This document shows, piece after piece, positions 48,513-61,824 of a stretch of 64,000 bases of DNA. The stretch lies in the NCBI RefSeq assembly GCF_964204645.1, contig NC_134026.1, positions 11,803,950 to 11,867,949 of the forward strand, written 5' to 3'. The notes under the pieces were generated by a model. It searched no databases. It worked only from the letters and a program-made list of their open reading frames with translations, and was not told the origin of the DNA. The number at the start of each line of letters is the position of its first letter. The first letter of the stretch is position 1. The translations under genes and the position numbers were made by a program. Origin of the DNA: Tubulanus polymorphus. Lineage: Eukaryota > Animalia > Nemertea.

Positions 48513-51500
48513 CTGTAAATAGAATAACACACGATTAGATAACAAATGCCAAATGATTACTTTTCACTGCGGCAGGGCATTTCCAATAATGGGAGTGATA
48601 CAACAGAATCTAAACTTCTATCAGAATATTTCATTGACCAATTCTTTCAAAATTATGGATGCTAATAATAATTTCCTCTAGAACCAAGACTTTTCCTTTT
48701 CATAGTCTATGAAAGAACTTTTTAGATCAGCTTTCTGACAATACCCTGCCGATGTACCAGTGCGCGCAGTACATTTTTTTTTTGTTTCGTGACAATTTGT
48801 ATTTAGGATGACGTGCTGTGGCCAATCCTCACCCAAGACTCAATTATGATGAAAATATAAAGCAGCTTCCCATATCTACATTTCCGCAAATCTCTACGTC
48901 ATAACCTTAAATACATCGTATACTCTTATTTCTGCACAGATTATGTGTTTGTCAAAGGGAAATCGCTATATGGACGTGGGGCTGAAATTGCTGTCGTGAG
49001 AATATGCCATAAAGGTTTTTTCGATAAATGCTTCATATAGTTGAGTTGATAATGTTTATTGGCACGCGTTTTCATAAACGAGAAGATCCTTGGTTGCCAC
49101 ACATTTATTGAGAAGTTTGTATGATGAGATTTTAGCGGAGCTGATGTTTGCATTATTGATGATGGTCTCTGTTAATAAAAAATCATTGTAACTCTACAAA
49201 CTGTCTCAATGTAATAATTTCTATTTCTGCTACTTTGCAGAAATACATATCTTTATTCTCTTGGTTCATAGGGTTTTCTGTTGCTTTCACAGAAAACTCT
49301 CTTGTTATTTCCTTGATTATTACTGTTTATCCATTTTTTTTCAGCCAATTTTATCACGGTAAAATGTGACTTTACATGTAAATTCGATAACGAATCAAAT
49401 TTTCTCTCGATGTCTCAGAATAGAGGTGTTCGACTCTCAGTTGTTCGATTCCTCGACGAAGAATCGTGTGTGTGATCCTAGCATTAACATATTTCACTCT
49501 TAAACTCTGTGAATTCATTACGTGTCATTAGTACTCCGTTGCATTTACAAATACTGCACAAACAAATTATTTCGATTCTGTGCATTCTCGTAGAGGATGA
49601 AAAAATATCGATTTGTCCCGAATCAGCCACAATAGAATCTTAACCTAGAAGTTACCAAAACGTAACCGGGTAGACAAGCAATGGTTTGGCACATAGTGTA
49701 GAAACGCCAGGCGTCCTACCATCTCGCTAGACGTTACTCAGACGAAGTGGCTCATTTAATTGTTATCGCGAGGAAATCTCGTCGCGGCCAGCAAGGCCTA
49801 GAGATTCATCATAAAACGCCATAAAAGTAAGCGTGTGCAAAATGAACTTACTGAGTGGAACCGAGATTTTAATGAATAAGATGAAGATTATATTGAGGGG
49901 GTGCGCTTTGAAAGCGTTGGTCTAATCATGTCAATAATGATAGTATAACTAAAGAAATTCTGAAAACCAATAGAAGTGGGTAAAACTGCTGGGAATTACG
50001 AAATGCTAAATGAAGAAATTAAAAGCAACCAAGGGTGTTACGTTAAATACCTTTGTTCATTTATTCAATACTTGGATAAGGGAATAATGCGGGATTCTTG
50101 GCTTTTCGTCCTATATTTATGGGTGAAAACGTTGAGAGAGCGGAAAACGGTTGGACCTAGAAAGGTGTAACAGTGAAATAAACAACAGGTTAGCTTCAAT
50201 TTTCCCGCTGACGTCGAGCTGAAATCTCAAAATAGCAATTTTATCATAACTTTTGGACCCTTAGAATTAAAAAAGCTGACGCCCCCTGAAGCCCCCTAGC
50301 TGACGTTTGGAGGGGTCAATCAAAATTTTATCAGGGCTGTATGTATTAAGGTGTAGTACCGGTATATATCCAGCAAATTTGGTACATACTGGTTGAGAAA
50401 TGACGGAGGAGTAAGAGATTCAGCTGTTTTGAGGTTCAAGATAATAATAATAAAAAGTATGAAATAACAGTTAAACCAAAAGGCTTTTCTGCAATAAGCA
50501 TACAACTCTAATTAAGAATCGATGATGTTATTTTGAATATGAATATATCGACGATTAATTGAATTGACCGGCAACCAGTTCTACCAGACTGGCCGCAATA
50601 TAGATAAAATAGGCCACATCAACTCAAGATACATCATTCGAAAAATGTGAACAGTTATTAGAAAATTAAATTCGTGAACAAATACGTCTATAGTTCTTTT
50701 ATACTTCTTTGCGAATAAATATTGAATTGAATTGAATGCAAATAGGCGAAGTAGCTTCCCCGCAACCCAGGCACTCGCCCTCAACTGCTACAAGTGGAGC
50801 CAACTAGGGTATTTCTTTGTATAGCCTTAAATACATTATTGTAACGGTTTTACGGCGTTTACAAATTTTTTTTCCCCCATTTCTCTCAACGACCTTCGAT
50901 GGAGTTGCGATAATATCATCAGTTTTCAATCCAACAATAATATATCATATAAGTGCGGTTTCAGACTTGAGACTTCGCAAGTAATTTGCAAGATACCGAC
51001 CAGAAATAGGCGCTGCTAGGAATGACGATAAAGTGATATAAGAAGATCACGCGCAGATCGTTTGTACGTCAAAGATCGTAAGTAAAAAACGGAATTGCCA
51101 GCCCGCATCGAGATAATTAAGTGACAGATGTGAAAAGAATCCACGCGCGCGCTCGGATTTGAATATTTTGCCGTAAGTTTTTTATATCGTCACTAAGTAT
51201 TTAATTATTCCCGATCGCAACCTTTGGATTGTACTATTCATAACTGACAATTCGAACCAAAGGCTCTGTAAGATATCCCTGGGACTCGAACCTCTATGTT
51301 TGCGACTTTTCGATCAATGGCAAACAGATTTCACAAAAAAGTGTATTCTCTTTTAAAGTCATTGACTTGCCATTCGTTTCAACTTTATTTCACTCGGGTG
51401 TTGGAAATCTGGCCAGAATTCCTTCATGGCTTATAAATTCTGACCTCATATGAATAAAAAATACCCCACCCTTCATCATGGAAAAAACTACTTGTAAATC

Positions 51501-54233
51501 ATTGTTATTTGAACTTTTTTTTAAAAGAAAATGAAAATAAAAACATCCTGCCCTCGTCCTGTTTTATTGTTTTGCTGTAATGAGAAACACTGTACATTAT
51601 CTCATTTTTGGCATTTACGGAAATCATATCTCAACGTCTCACTTCTGATTGGTAGTTTCAAATGACAAATATTACGCAACGAGTGTCAAGGCGAGTATCG
51701 ATGCCCATCGTTTTGTGAGCCAAGTTATTTCCGGACAGTCTTCGTAACCATACAGAAGACATAGCCCAAGAACAGACGAACTTGGAAGATTGTTGATTAT
51801 ATAGTTCAGAGACGCGATCGTCTATGTTTTGTTATTCTATATCGATTGACTGATATTAGCAATACGTACGTAAGATTTTTCTTATGTATCAATGGATCTA
51901 TAGATGGAACTCGTGGTGGAAGCATTATACATCATCTATATCATTTCAAAAATATCATCTTATCAAGGCGTGACATTTTGGTTCCCCGAAAAAGCAAAAA
52001 CGTTTTTCTTTGATTGACGATCATACACTCACAGATTATAGTATGGTCTCTGCTAGAGGCAGCAAAAGAGTTTATCGAAAATTTCTCTCGTCAGCAGATG
52101 TTTAACCGGCGGACAAGTTCACATGGACATGGTGTATCATCTCGATCGTTTAAGCGTCGAGGTTTTTTCCTCCTTTCTCACCATTCACCAGTCCTCCGGT
52201 GTTATAAGCTGTGGGAGCTACATACAAATTCGTTGAAACTGGAAGGTAGAGCCTTCTTCAGTTTTCGATCGAATTCTCTTAGCGCTCGTGGCGTTTTTCA
52301 CAGCAATCCTTGTAAAGACCAGTGGTATAGATAACCGAAAACAAAAATCGGAATTCGACAAATGAACAAAACAAGCGACGTATTTATTAGTCCTTCCTCC
52401 AGGGTTGTCAGATCATCTATCGCCAATCAAGCAAATCTTGCCATTAGATATTGGCCGTGGATTACTACGTATCATCTCGACAATTACTGTTATTAAGGGT
52501 ATCTATCCCATGACGCCAGGCCTGCGGTAGGAGTGGACGAACAAACCAAATTTCAGACTTTTACATTTGGTGTATAGGTTGAACGCACCTTTTATCTAGA
52601 AGGAAAACAGCGAGTGAATTAATAATGTATTGAATGAGACATGCAGTGTGAATAGAAACGTATGTAAAAAAATTAGAGAAAATCATCGAAAAGTATTATG
52701 CCCATGATATACAATTTCATGATATAAAACAGCGTAAAGATAAACTTAATTTTCATTTTCGCTTTCTGTTAAATTGAACCCCAACCGATCTACGCTGCTT
52801 GCATATACTCATCACGTGGAGCCTTTGGAATTTTACGCCATGAACATGAAAATGATCTTGGATTTGTGAGCATCTTCACTTCAACTTGTCTTTGTTTTCC
52901 ATAAATCATCTACTGCGATTCGACTAAGACACCATGTTATGGGGGACTTGGACAAGGACAAGAATTCGTGTTGGGGACATGACGAAAAATACATCCTTGT
53001 ATCTTACCAGTCATTCGGGTTATTAAATGGTTAAGATGAATATGATATATTCCTCTCATTCTATTAATGTGAATATTTCATGAAAATCCAGAGATTGGAA
53101 AAGTTCTCTGTTTATAGGTGCGTTCATGTTGTAGAGTAATTATGTCACCATATTCACGATTTTAGTACATATTTTGTGAAGAGATGTTCTTAAAATCTAG
53201 ACCACGGCATATACCAACGGGGTAGCCGTTAAGTACGTAGATGGGTATGTGTACCTCGGTGGACAGGCAGGAATGAGAAGTACATTCGTGATTGCCTTCA
53301 CTGCGATGAGTAATCATTGATGATCCAGCTCTAAATTGTTTCGTAAGTCGGAAATATCGTGAAACAAGTCGCTAAATTTACACGTGCATCAATCGTAACA
53401 AATGATACCCGAACGTGTGTATGAGACAATAGCGGATAACGACACCGTGGTCGAACACGATACGTTCGTGATAAATCAAATCTTTGATTAATAATCGCAC
53501 AGTTTCTGTTAATTCATCAATTAAATGAGTGTTTGTCGTAGAAACACGATTCAACGTGTAGACCTATCCACACGATAGCTGTTCAGGGACACTGATAATG
53601 TCACTCTATATTTAGTTAGTAGATTTGACTTTTCAGATCTCTTTTTGATTTTTGTAACCAATTTGTGAATTTAGTTTCGATATCCCATAAAAAATGACTT
53701 AATAACAATTCAAACGAAATACATTTGCCCGTATCAAATATTAACTTTCATAGCAAATTAATGATAGTTTATATTCTCCCCAAACAAATGGGTAGGCATA
53801 ACGGTACGCATATTATTCCTACATTATCAACCAAGTGTAATCAATATACTGGTACTTAGTTCTAAGACTTGTTTTAAATGGCACATGCCCAATAAAATGT
53901 ACGTTCTTTCTACTTATGTTTGTAAATAATAACCTGAGATCTGACTTACCGAAAAAAGATAACCGGTACTAATTAGCCCTAAATTAGTAATTTATTTAAT
54001 CTTCACTTTGTTTACGTAGTTCACCGACAACCCGTAGTCGACACACTTTGACATTGCGGATTTAAAAGGCATATTTTCTCAGTAAAGGCCGAACTAAAAT
54101 TCAAATCAGTAGCATATTTGTGAACATATTATTTCATTAAAAAACCTTTACACGATATTCTATTCATTGGGCAGGCACATGCGGAATGCGCCCTTAAAAC
54201 GATGCTTTTATCTTCGATTTAACGATGCTTTTT

Positions 54234-55840
54234 TAATAATAATAATAATAATAAATTTATTTCCACAATAAAATTACAACATGTCATAAAGAGATATACA
54301 AATATGAAATGTTTTAATATAATGTGGAGGAGATTAGATGAAGCCAATGAAGGCTTATAAAATCTCTAATCCCCTAGCATACACCGATTCACTCAACTCA
54401 TACACACATGCAGTCATACACCTTCACCCAACATGCACCCACACACGTAGTCACTCAGGCGGTCAATCACACTATCTTTCATTCACTCTTACAATCTGGT
54501 AATAGATGACAGATACAGACAGATTAATTACAAATTCATTAGATACAATTTAAGTTTTCTTTTGAAAGTATCTATACACGACAGTTGTTTTAAACTTTTT
54601 GGCAAATTATTCCAGACAACAGGACCAGAAATTTTTACTGTGAATTGTGTTTTGTTAGTCCGAAATCTGGCAACACGAAAAGAATTCATATTTCTGGTTG
54701 AATACGAGTGTATATCAACATTCTTTTTGAAATACCGATTAAAGGAATTTGGCAATTTTGAATTATTGAATTTGAACATAAATAGACTTAATTGAAATTT
54801 TGTAATATGTCTAAATTTTAGGATATTCAATTTCTTGAAGATAGGGTCAGTGTGTTCTAGGAAATGAGACTTATTAACTATTCTTACTGCTCTTTTTTGT
54901 AGTAAAATTAGTGGATTAAGCTTGTTTGCATAATTACTTCCCCAGATTAAATTACAATATTGTAAATGAGGATAAACAAAACTATAATAAAGGGAAATAA
55001 GGATATTTGATGGGAAATGCTTTTTTAATCTGGTTAAAATTCCAATGGAGCGTGACACTTTACTGCAGACATATTTGATATGGACATCCCAATTTAATTT
55101 GTCATCTATAAAAAGACCAAGAAAATTCGTACTATGTACACGTTTGATTAATTCTCCATTTAACCAAATGGAAGAATTAAAGTGATCTACACGACCAAAA
55201 ATCATAAAGTTGCATTTCGCAATATTTATTGAAAGTTTGTTTACTTGATACCAGATGCCAAGTTTCGCCAGTTCAGAATTTACTATGGAAACCAATTCTT
55301 TGATATTAGAGTTACTATAAAAACAATTCGTGTCATCGACAAAGAGGATAAAATGGAGTAATTTGGACGCATTAACGCAATCGTTAACATATAATAAAAA
55401 GAGCAAAGGGCCTAGAATAGAACCCTGGGAAACACCAATTGATATATTTAATGGAGACGATAAGGTATTGTTGAAACTTAAAACCTGACTCCTGTCAGTC
55501 AGGTAGCTTTTAAACCAATCATGAGGAACACCTCGGATTCCGTAATAATCAAGCTTCATTAACAAAATGTCATGGTTAACGGTGTCGAATGCCTTAGACA
55601 GGTCCAAGAATAATCCAATAGTAATAATCTTATTTTCCAAGGCTTCAGAAAGATTATCAACAACCTTGGTTAATGCCAAATCTGTTGAATGTTTTGAACG
55701 AAAGCCAAACTGGTCGGGGATTACAATATCCTGTTTGTTACAAAAGGAAACCAATCTGTTGTAAACTAGTTTTTCCAGAATTTTTGAGAAGCTAGGAAGC
55801 AAAGATATGGGTCGATAATTATTTAAAGAATTAGGGGCTC
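54234..55840 (-). mobile_element. 5'-truncated CR1/L2-group LINE with an open RT ORF (54528-55802) and (TTA)n tail, inside the neuropeptide intron
   Basis: RPISLLPSFSKILEK, QFGFR, FLDLSKAFDTVNH, GVSQGSILGPLLFLLYVND, LFVDDT; 3' UTR ends aataaa + (tta)n at ~54234-54262. Confidence 0.92.
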
Positions 55841-57234
55841 CTTTTAATGAGTTTCTCGACTCATTCCCGAGCTCACGCCCCTAGAGCCGGCTCACTGGTT
55901 GCATATTACCATTCTACGAACAATCTAAAAGAATCCAGATGATTACAGGGACTCAACTTATGAATTTACCAGAAACACTAATAACACAAAATTGATCATA
56001 TTTGAAAATTTGAGAAATTTTGATTTGCTATGGTGAAATCGACATAGGCCTACATGTACAATGGAACCTCGCTTCAACAAACTTCATGAGATCAGAAAAT
56101 ATGTTCGTCATAACTAAGAGTTCGTTATATCCAGTATGAAATTGATTAAATTGTCTTACTTGGCACGAAATTCTATAATTGCTATCTCCGATGAATAGTT
56201 GTGAGTTCGACATACCGATGGAACTTTTGTCACTTGTCATAAGGCCATAACGGAGAGTGGTATTAAGGCTTGATTTTACGTTTTTTAAACAAATCAAAGG
56301 ATTTAGGCTTGGGTAATGATGCGTGCCTCCTTCTTTGTGACACACTATTGAAACCAAATTTCTCAGACGCTTGCGAGATGCGGGGCTGGGAATATATGTT
56401 CTAAGGTTAAATCGCTCTACACAAAAAGTATGGTGTATGGTGTGACGGAAAGACCCGATCCTCCTTAGAAGGAATTATGTAAAGTATGCACTCGTAAGAG
56501 AGGGTACATAATTTAGATGCTTGTCGTAAAGCGTATACTGGATGATTGTGGCATGGCTGAACTTTGGCTAAGTGAAAATGTAGCAAATATTCACAAATGT
56601 AGAATTTATTATTTGGTTTATAGGGGAGCAGCATAGGCCTATTGAAATATGACGTTTTAATTGGTCTAACTCCCCAAAATCTGTGACTTGTTAGTATATA
56701 AAAACTAACTTTTTGAACAAGAATTATACTAACTAGCTAATCTACCCGCTTCCGTGTCAACCTAGGTGGCTTTAGATCAGATCATAGTAAAGCATTATTC
56801 GCCCATCGGAATCGGTCCTAGGCGCAGAATTCTAAGACAACAGGTTATGCAGAATATGCAAATCCTAGGCGATGATCGAAGCGCCCTGTACCAATGCCAC
56901 GCACAGGCAATTCACCTTCTTCTTAGAATCTTTTTTAATGTACCAAGCCAAAAAAAAATCGAAATCAACTGACTGAAACCTAGAAAATCCCTTTATTATG
57001 TAAAATTAGCAAATCATGTCATCAGTTAATCTTCGTTGCATCGTTACTGTCTTGTAACATTAACAATAATATTGTGTATTTATTATTGTGAGATTTCTAA
57101 TAAACTTGTTGAATATTAATCCCAGGTATTTATTCTGGTTATCACTTATCTAAAGTATTTGTATAGGCTTTACGATTTGATACCCACCAATGTTCACTTG
57201 TGTTACTTGTATATAATAAACTGGTCAAAGGAAG

Positions 57235-58673
57235 GGGTCCATGCCTATGTTCCCCGGGTTCTATATTCCCCTGGTTATATATTACCCCATGGAAGATTAT
57301 GGAAAATGTACAAAAGGTTATTCGTTCCCTCAGCCCTTGATACCTTGGTATTATGGGGTAGATGATGGGCCTCTTCGAACTGGATTTCTATAGCAGGATC
57401 TTGCGGATTGTCTTGTGACATAGCAACACGTTTGTTTTTACTCTCGATCTGCTTTCTTTCATACAACAGCGCCGGTTTATTGTCGCATCAACTAGGCGAT
57501 GTCCAAATCAACGGATAACCAAAACCCTTATTCCACGATTTCCGTTGACCATTCTAGGAGTATCCATCTTTAGGCATTTAACAGCTAATTGCAATGTATT
57601 AATGGTCTAATCGGGACTTTGCAAACATGTGTACATTTCTATTTTCTCACGAATACATTCTTTCTTGGACAAAACAATTTTGAACTGATTTCCATGACAG
57701 CAATGAATTAATAAGACCTATATGAGGACGCTTCACGACGAATCGAGAGCGAAACTGAAAGCAGCCTTGACCTTTGATGAGCCTTTTACCGTGTGACGTA
57801 ACTACTGCATTAATTACCGTGATCGATCGATATCGTCATCTCGAACTTCTCTCGTCCAGTTCTCGCTCTTGCAAAAATTAAAAGCAACCTCGTCTGTATC
57901 GAATTTATAGTATTTTAGCTAATATATGTTATAATTGATGGAACATTATTAAACTAGAAGGAGGCAAAGCCTCGAATGCCCCCGGCCTGAAATTCACCGC
58001 CAAGTGAAGTTACAGGGTTTGTGGTAAATGCGTTAGAAACATCGTGACCACATTATTTCTATAAGAATGATATTAGAGACCATGTGTACAAAGTGTAAAC
58101 AATTGATCAACAGTTGCAGCCTCTAGGCTGTTTTCCCCCGATAGCCATAATTTGAGTTGGTCGACAATTGCAGCATCTAGGCTGTTAACGTTATTTTCAG
58201 GTCAGCCCCCCTGGTGGCCATAATTTGAATCGAATCGACCCAATCTTAAATCGGGTTTTGGCTCAACTGATACCCTACTTGTGCACCATGTCTGACATAA
58301 ATCGGTCAACAATTGCGGCTTCCAGGCTGTTAACGTCGTTTTCATGTCGACCGCCTGGTGGCCATAATTTGAATCGAATGGACTCAATGTTAAATAGGGT
58401 TCTGGCCCAAGTGATATCCTACTTGTGTACCAAGTTTGAAAACAATCAGTCAGCAGTTGCGGCCTCTAGGCTGTTAACGTCACTTGCGGCGGCGGCGGCG
58501 TATTCAGACGTGGGTAAATCTATATGCCCCTCTCAACTAAAGTTGAGCCGGGTGCATAAAAAGCATAGGTATGGACCCCTCCGGTCAACCTTTTTATTAT
58601 TTGGGGAATATGGAACCCTTTTTGTATTATCTCCCTTGGGGAATATAGAACCCGGGGAATAAAGGGATAACCC
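57235..58673. mobile_element. Mutator-like non-autonomous element with a nested insertion
   Basis: Inverted ends ttccccgggttctatattcccc / ggggaatatagaacccggggaa; 9-bp flanks caaaggaag / caaagggag (8 of 9 match). Confidence 0.65.
57953..58560 (+). mobile_element. Helentron-associated non-autonomous element (HINE/DINE-1-like)
   Basis: Begins aaactag..atgcccc; ~3 internal tandem repeats (..gcggcctctaggctgttaacgtc..ggtggccataatttgaatcgaat..); (gcg)n tract; 3' hairpin ctcaac-taaa-gttgag; ends gcataaa in an A run. Confidence 0.65.
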
Positions 58674-60480
58674 CAAAGGGAGCTTGAATATGAGCGAGTT
58701 TGGATTATGGCCTGAGTATTGTATAGCTGACCGGTCAAAGTGGAGTTAAACGTAGACACATTTTTTCATTTTTACCCATCCAAGGTACATGCATATGATA
58801 TGTTTAGGGTTACGAAAATGTTCTAAAATGACATAATTCAATTTAACCTCCGTAAATATATTTAAAGCTTGCCTGAAACGCTTAGGACAATGTTTTCTTT
58901 TGTAATTTTGAGTTTACCAATCTGACTACGCACGTTTTTAAGATTATGAATAATGTTTTACGTATTCTTACGTAGATCCTTGTTCTACGTAGAAACGTTA
59001 CTTTGATTTGTCCGAAATGATAATTTTAGTCCTGGAATAGAATAAGCCGATATTCTGTAAACATTTTATGCGAAGAATTATCAACACTGAAAATTAGCCA
59101 TAATGCGCTCATCCATATCAACGCGTAATACACGTCAATACGTGCTATGTTTCCAGATAAAAGGATGTAAAGATGAAAATTATCAGGTGTTACAAATACC
59201 CTTTTTTAGCGGCTGAACTATCCTTCAGAATCTATTACGAATATTACATTTGACAGGAAAATCCCCTATTCGTCTACATATTAATGTCCTTCAAGTCAAA
59301 GCGCTCTTCGATTCTCGATGGGTTATTCATAATAACCAAATAATGAGGATTAATTAAAATTTCAAGCGGTTTCACTCAATCAGAAAAATTAGAAACAAGA
59401 AAACATACTTGACATTTTATTGACGCCTTGAAGAAAAAATGACACCATCATTGCCTAATGTCATCCACAATGAATAGTATGATATGGATAAAGTCATTTT
59501 GAATTTGATAATATCGACAATTGAATTCCATGGAAAAATCAGTCTAGCTACTATATTGAATATGGCACATCTTCTCAAAACTAATTATTAAAAAGACATA
59601 TAAATCGATTACATAGAAAATAAGAGTCAAGAAATATAAAGAATTACAAAATTACGACAAACATTCAAAATTGTTATTGACATTTTGAAACCCCAAAAAT
59701 TGATGAAAGTATTTTGTATCGACTCACTCAGTTTCCCTCAATTGACTCATAGTTATCAACGTATAAAAACATTATCGTAACGGTTTTTACGGCGTCAATA
59801 TAACTGATACCAATTTCAATTTCCAGGTTACTGTGAGCAAAAGATAGACTCAAATAAATAACTCTACTGAGAAAAGTAAACGCAAATCAATTCACAATAG
59901 TCTCAGTCTATATTATATATACATGTACATAAAATCTACAATGTTGACGTTAACGTTAACAAATCATTACGAGCTTTACCTGCACAAAAGACGTATCATC
60001 ATTCATTGAGAGGGATGAATAAAGCCATCATTTAAAAAGTTAAGGTACGTATTGGGATTATGATGATCATTTTCCTCAAACTGCCAAAATGTCTGATGGG
60101 AATATAAAAGGAATATCATTTCAAGTAGAAGAAACCACTAACTATAGGGAATTAAATTACAAGCTTAATTAAACGCAAGGGAGCTGAGATTGATTGAGAT
60201 TATTTCTAACGTAAATCATTGAAATCCTGCAAGGATTTTACAATATACCATGTTCACCTCTTTTCCTATCTTTGACACCGTAATTCTAGTTTACATTCCT
60301 GAATTCGGCTCAGAGCGATAACTTACATGACTGAATTTAGCTCAGAGCGATCTACCAGAATTCTTATTTTTCAACGAAGGTAAGATAGGCACGCCACTGT
60401 GGAGCATATCGTGAAAAAGGCTCCAAAATATCATGAAAGAAGGCTGCAATCATCTTCTTTCACCTCGACCAAATAGACCA

Positions 60481-60614
60481 AACCTGCAAAATCCGAAATA
60501 AGTTTCAAGTCTTTGAAAGTAAGGTCTGGGATTATTTGTATCGACTTTTCGACAAATCACAAATCCCAGACCTTACTTTCAAAGACTCGAAACTTATTTC
60601 GGATTTTGCAGGTT
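60481..60614. repeat. Near-perfect inverted repeat (~52-bp arms), probable palindromic MITE, intronic
   Basis: aacctgcaaaatccgaaataagtttcaagtctttgaaagtaaggtctgggatt pairs with aatcccagaccttactttcaaagactcgaaacttatttcggattttgcaggtt, with 1 mismatch. Confidence 0.9.
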
Positions 60615-61399
60615 AAACGTATATTGTATCCTTTTGTATTCAGCATTATTTATTATTCATCGACTGATTATCATTTATTATAAGGCGGTTGATCATACGG
60701 AGAAATTATGTATTTCATTTATGTATATTTCATTTTTAAAAAGAAATCGAACTTGCGCATGTAAACACCACTTATAGATTTGGCCGCGGACAGTATGAGT
60801 CACACACTAGTTTTGAAATAAACGATCGTTTTTACAACCGAAACTTGATCAGTTTCACTAATTCCAAACTACATTTTTGGGGATTGGTGATGTTTCACTT
60901 TTTTAAGTGAGCAATATCTGAAAGTTAATGAATATATCTGGCAAACCTGGACCTAGATTTACTCATCTGCTTACAATTTAAAAAGAACTATATTTCTATC
61001 GTTGATTAAGGAAGCCAATGGCCCTAACCATCATATCACTAGGAGTTGTGATCATGTCGTATCAATATAGGACTCCTTGTTTTCATTAAGTCGCCGAGTC
61101 AAATAATTGATGATAACTCTCAATTTCTTTTATCTTTTAGGTAAAATGCAATTCAGTAATGCTATTCGAAAATACAATTTTTGTAATTTTCATTTCAAAG
61201 TAATTCAGAAATAACCCGGCCCCATGATTCAGTAAAGAAAGAATTAAAAGTACGGAGTTCAACTCAAATGCTATTTCTAACAGTAAGAAAATTACACAGA
61301 AATATATGGAAAGTGCTAAGACGATTTCAAGCATCCTCAGGCAATTCTTATGTCATCTGATTATTGTGTCTTAATTGAAAAAAAATTAAGGTTGCCTAC

Positions 61400-61702
61400 C
61401 TGAATTGCTTTGTAAATGTGGTAGATGGCTTCATCATTATCACCGTCGCATTCGTCCCGCTTTCCCCATCCTCGCTTGCCCCAGCCACGTTTTCCCCATC
61501 CTCTCTTGCCCCAACCTCTTTTCAAAGCTTCTTCGAGTTGGTCGTAGTTTTCATCTTCGCCATTTCGTTTGCCCCATCCTCTCTTGCCCCAACCTCTTTT
61601 GTCCATATCATCAGACTGCGCTTGGCCATCGGCAATAGCTGGCAATACGAGTTCTAAAACAACCAGTCCAAGGAACACTAGAGCCACGACAAGTTTCTGC
61701 AT
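61400..61702 (-). CDS. RGWamide (APGWamide-family) neuropeptide precursor, coding exon 1
   Basis: Hydrophobic signal peptide MQKLVVALVFLGLVVLELVLPAIA; six (K)RGWG-KR units with amidation Gly and dibasic sites; acidic spacers; Cys-containing C-terminal peptide; splice donor CAG|GTAGGC at 61400/61399. Confidence 0.93.
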
Positions 61703-61816
61703 TTTCGCTTTATCTCGAAGTTCGTTTTGCTAACTTAAGCTATTACGTGCTTGCTAATTCAATGTGGTCGTAATCACGAGGAGCGACAATCTAAGGGCGC
61801 AGTGGCGGAAGCCAAC

Positions 61817-61824
61817 TATTTATA
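61817..61824 (-). promoter_or_regulatory. Putative TATA box of the RGWamide gene
   Basis: TATAAATA on the minus strand, ~115 bp upstream of the ATG, with GC-richer flanks. Confidence 0.6.

Noticed and set aside
52014-52334. 106-aa ORF, or an alternative internal exon of the neuropeptide gene
   Set aside because: No recognisable motifs, and the minus-strand frames are interrupted by stops.
61361-61399. C-terminus VGNLNFFSIKTQ of the 113-aa ORF
   Set aside because: It begins at a consensus splice donor and is most likely intron read-through.
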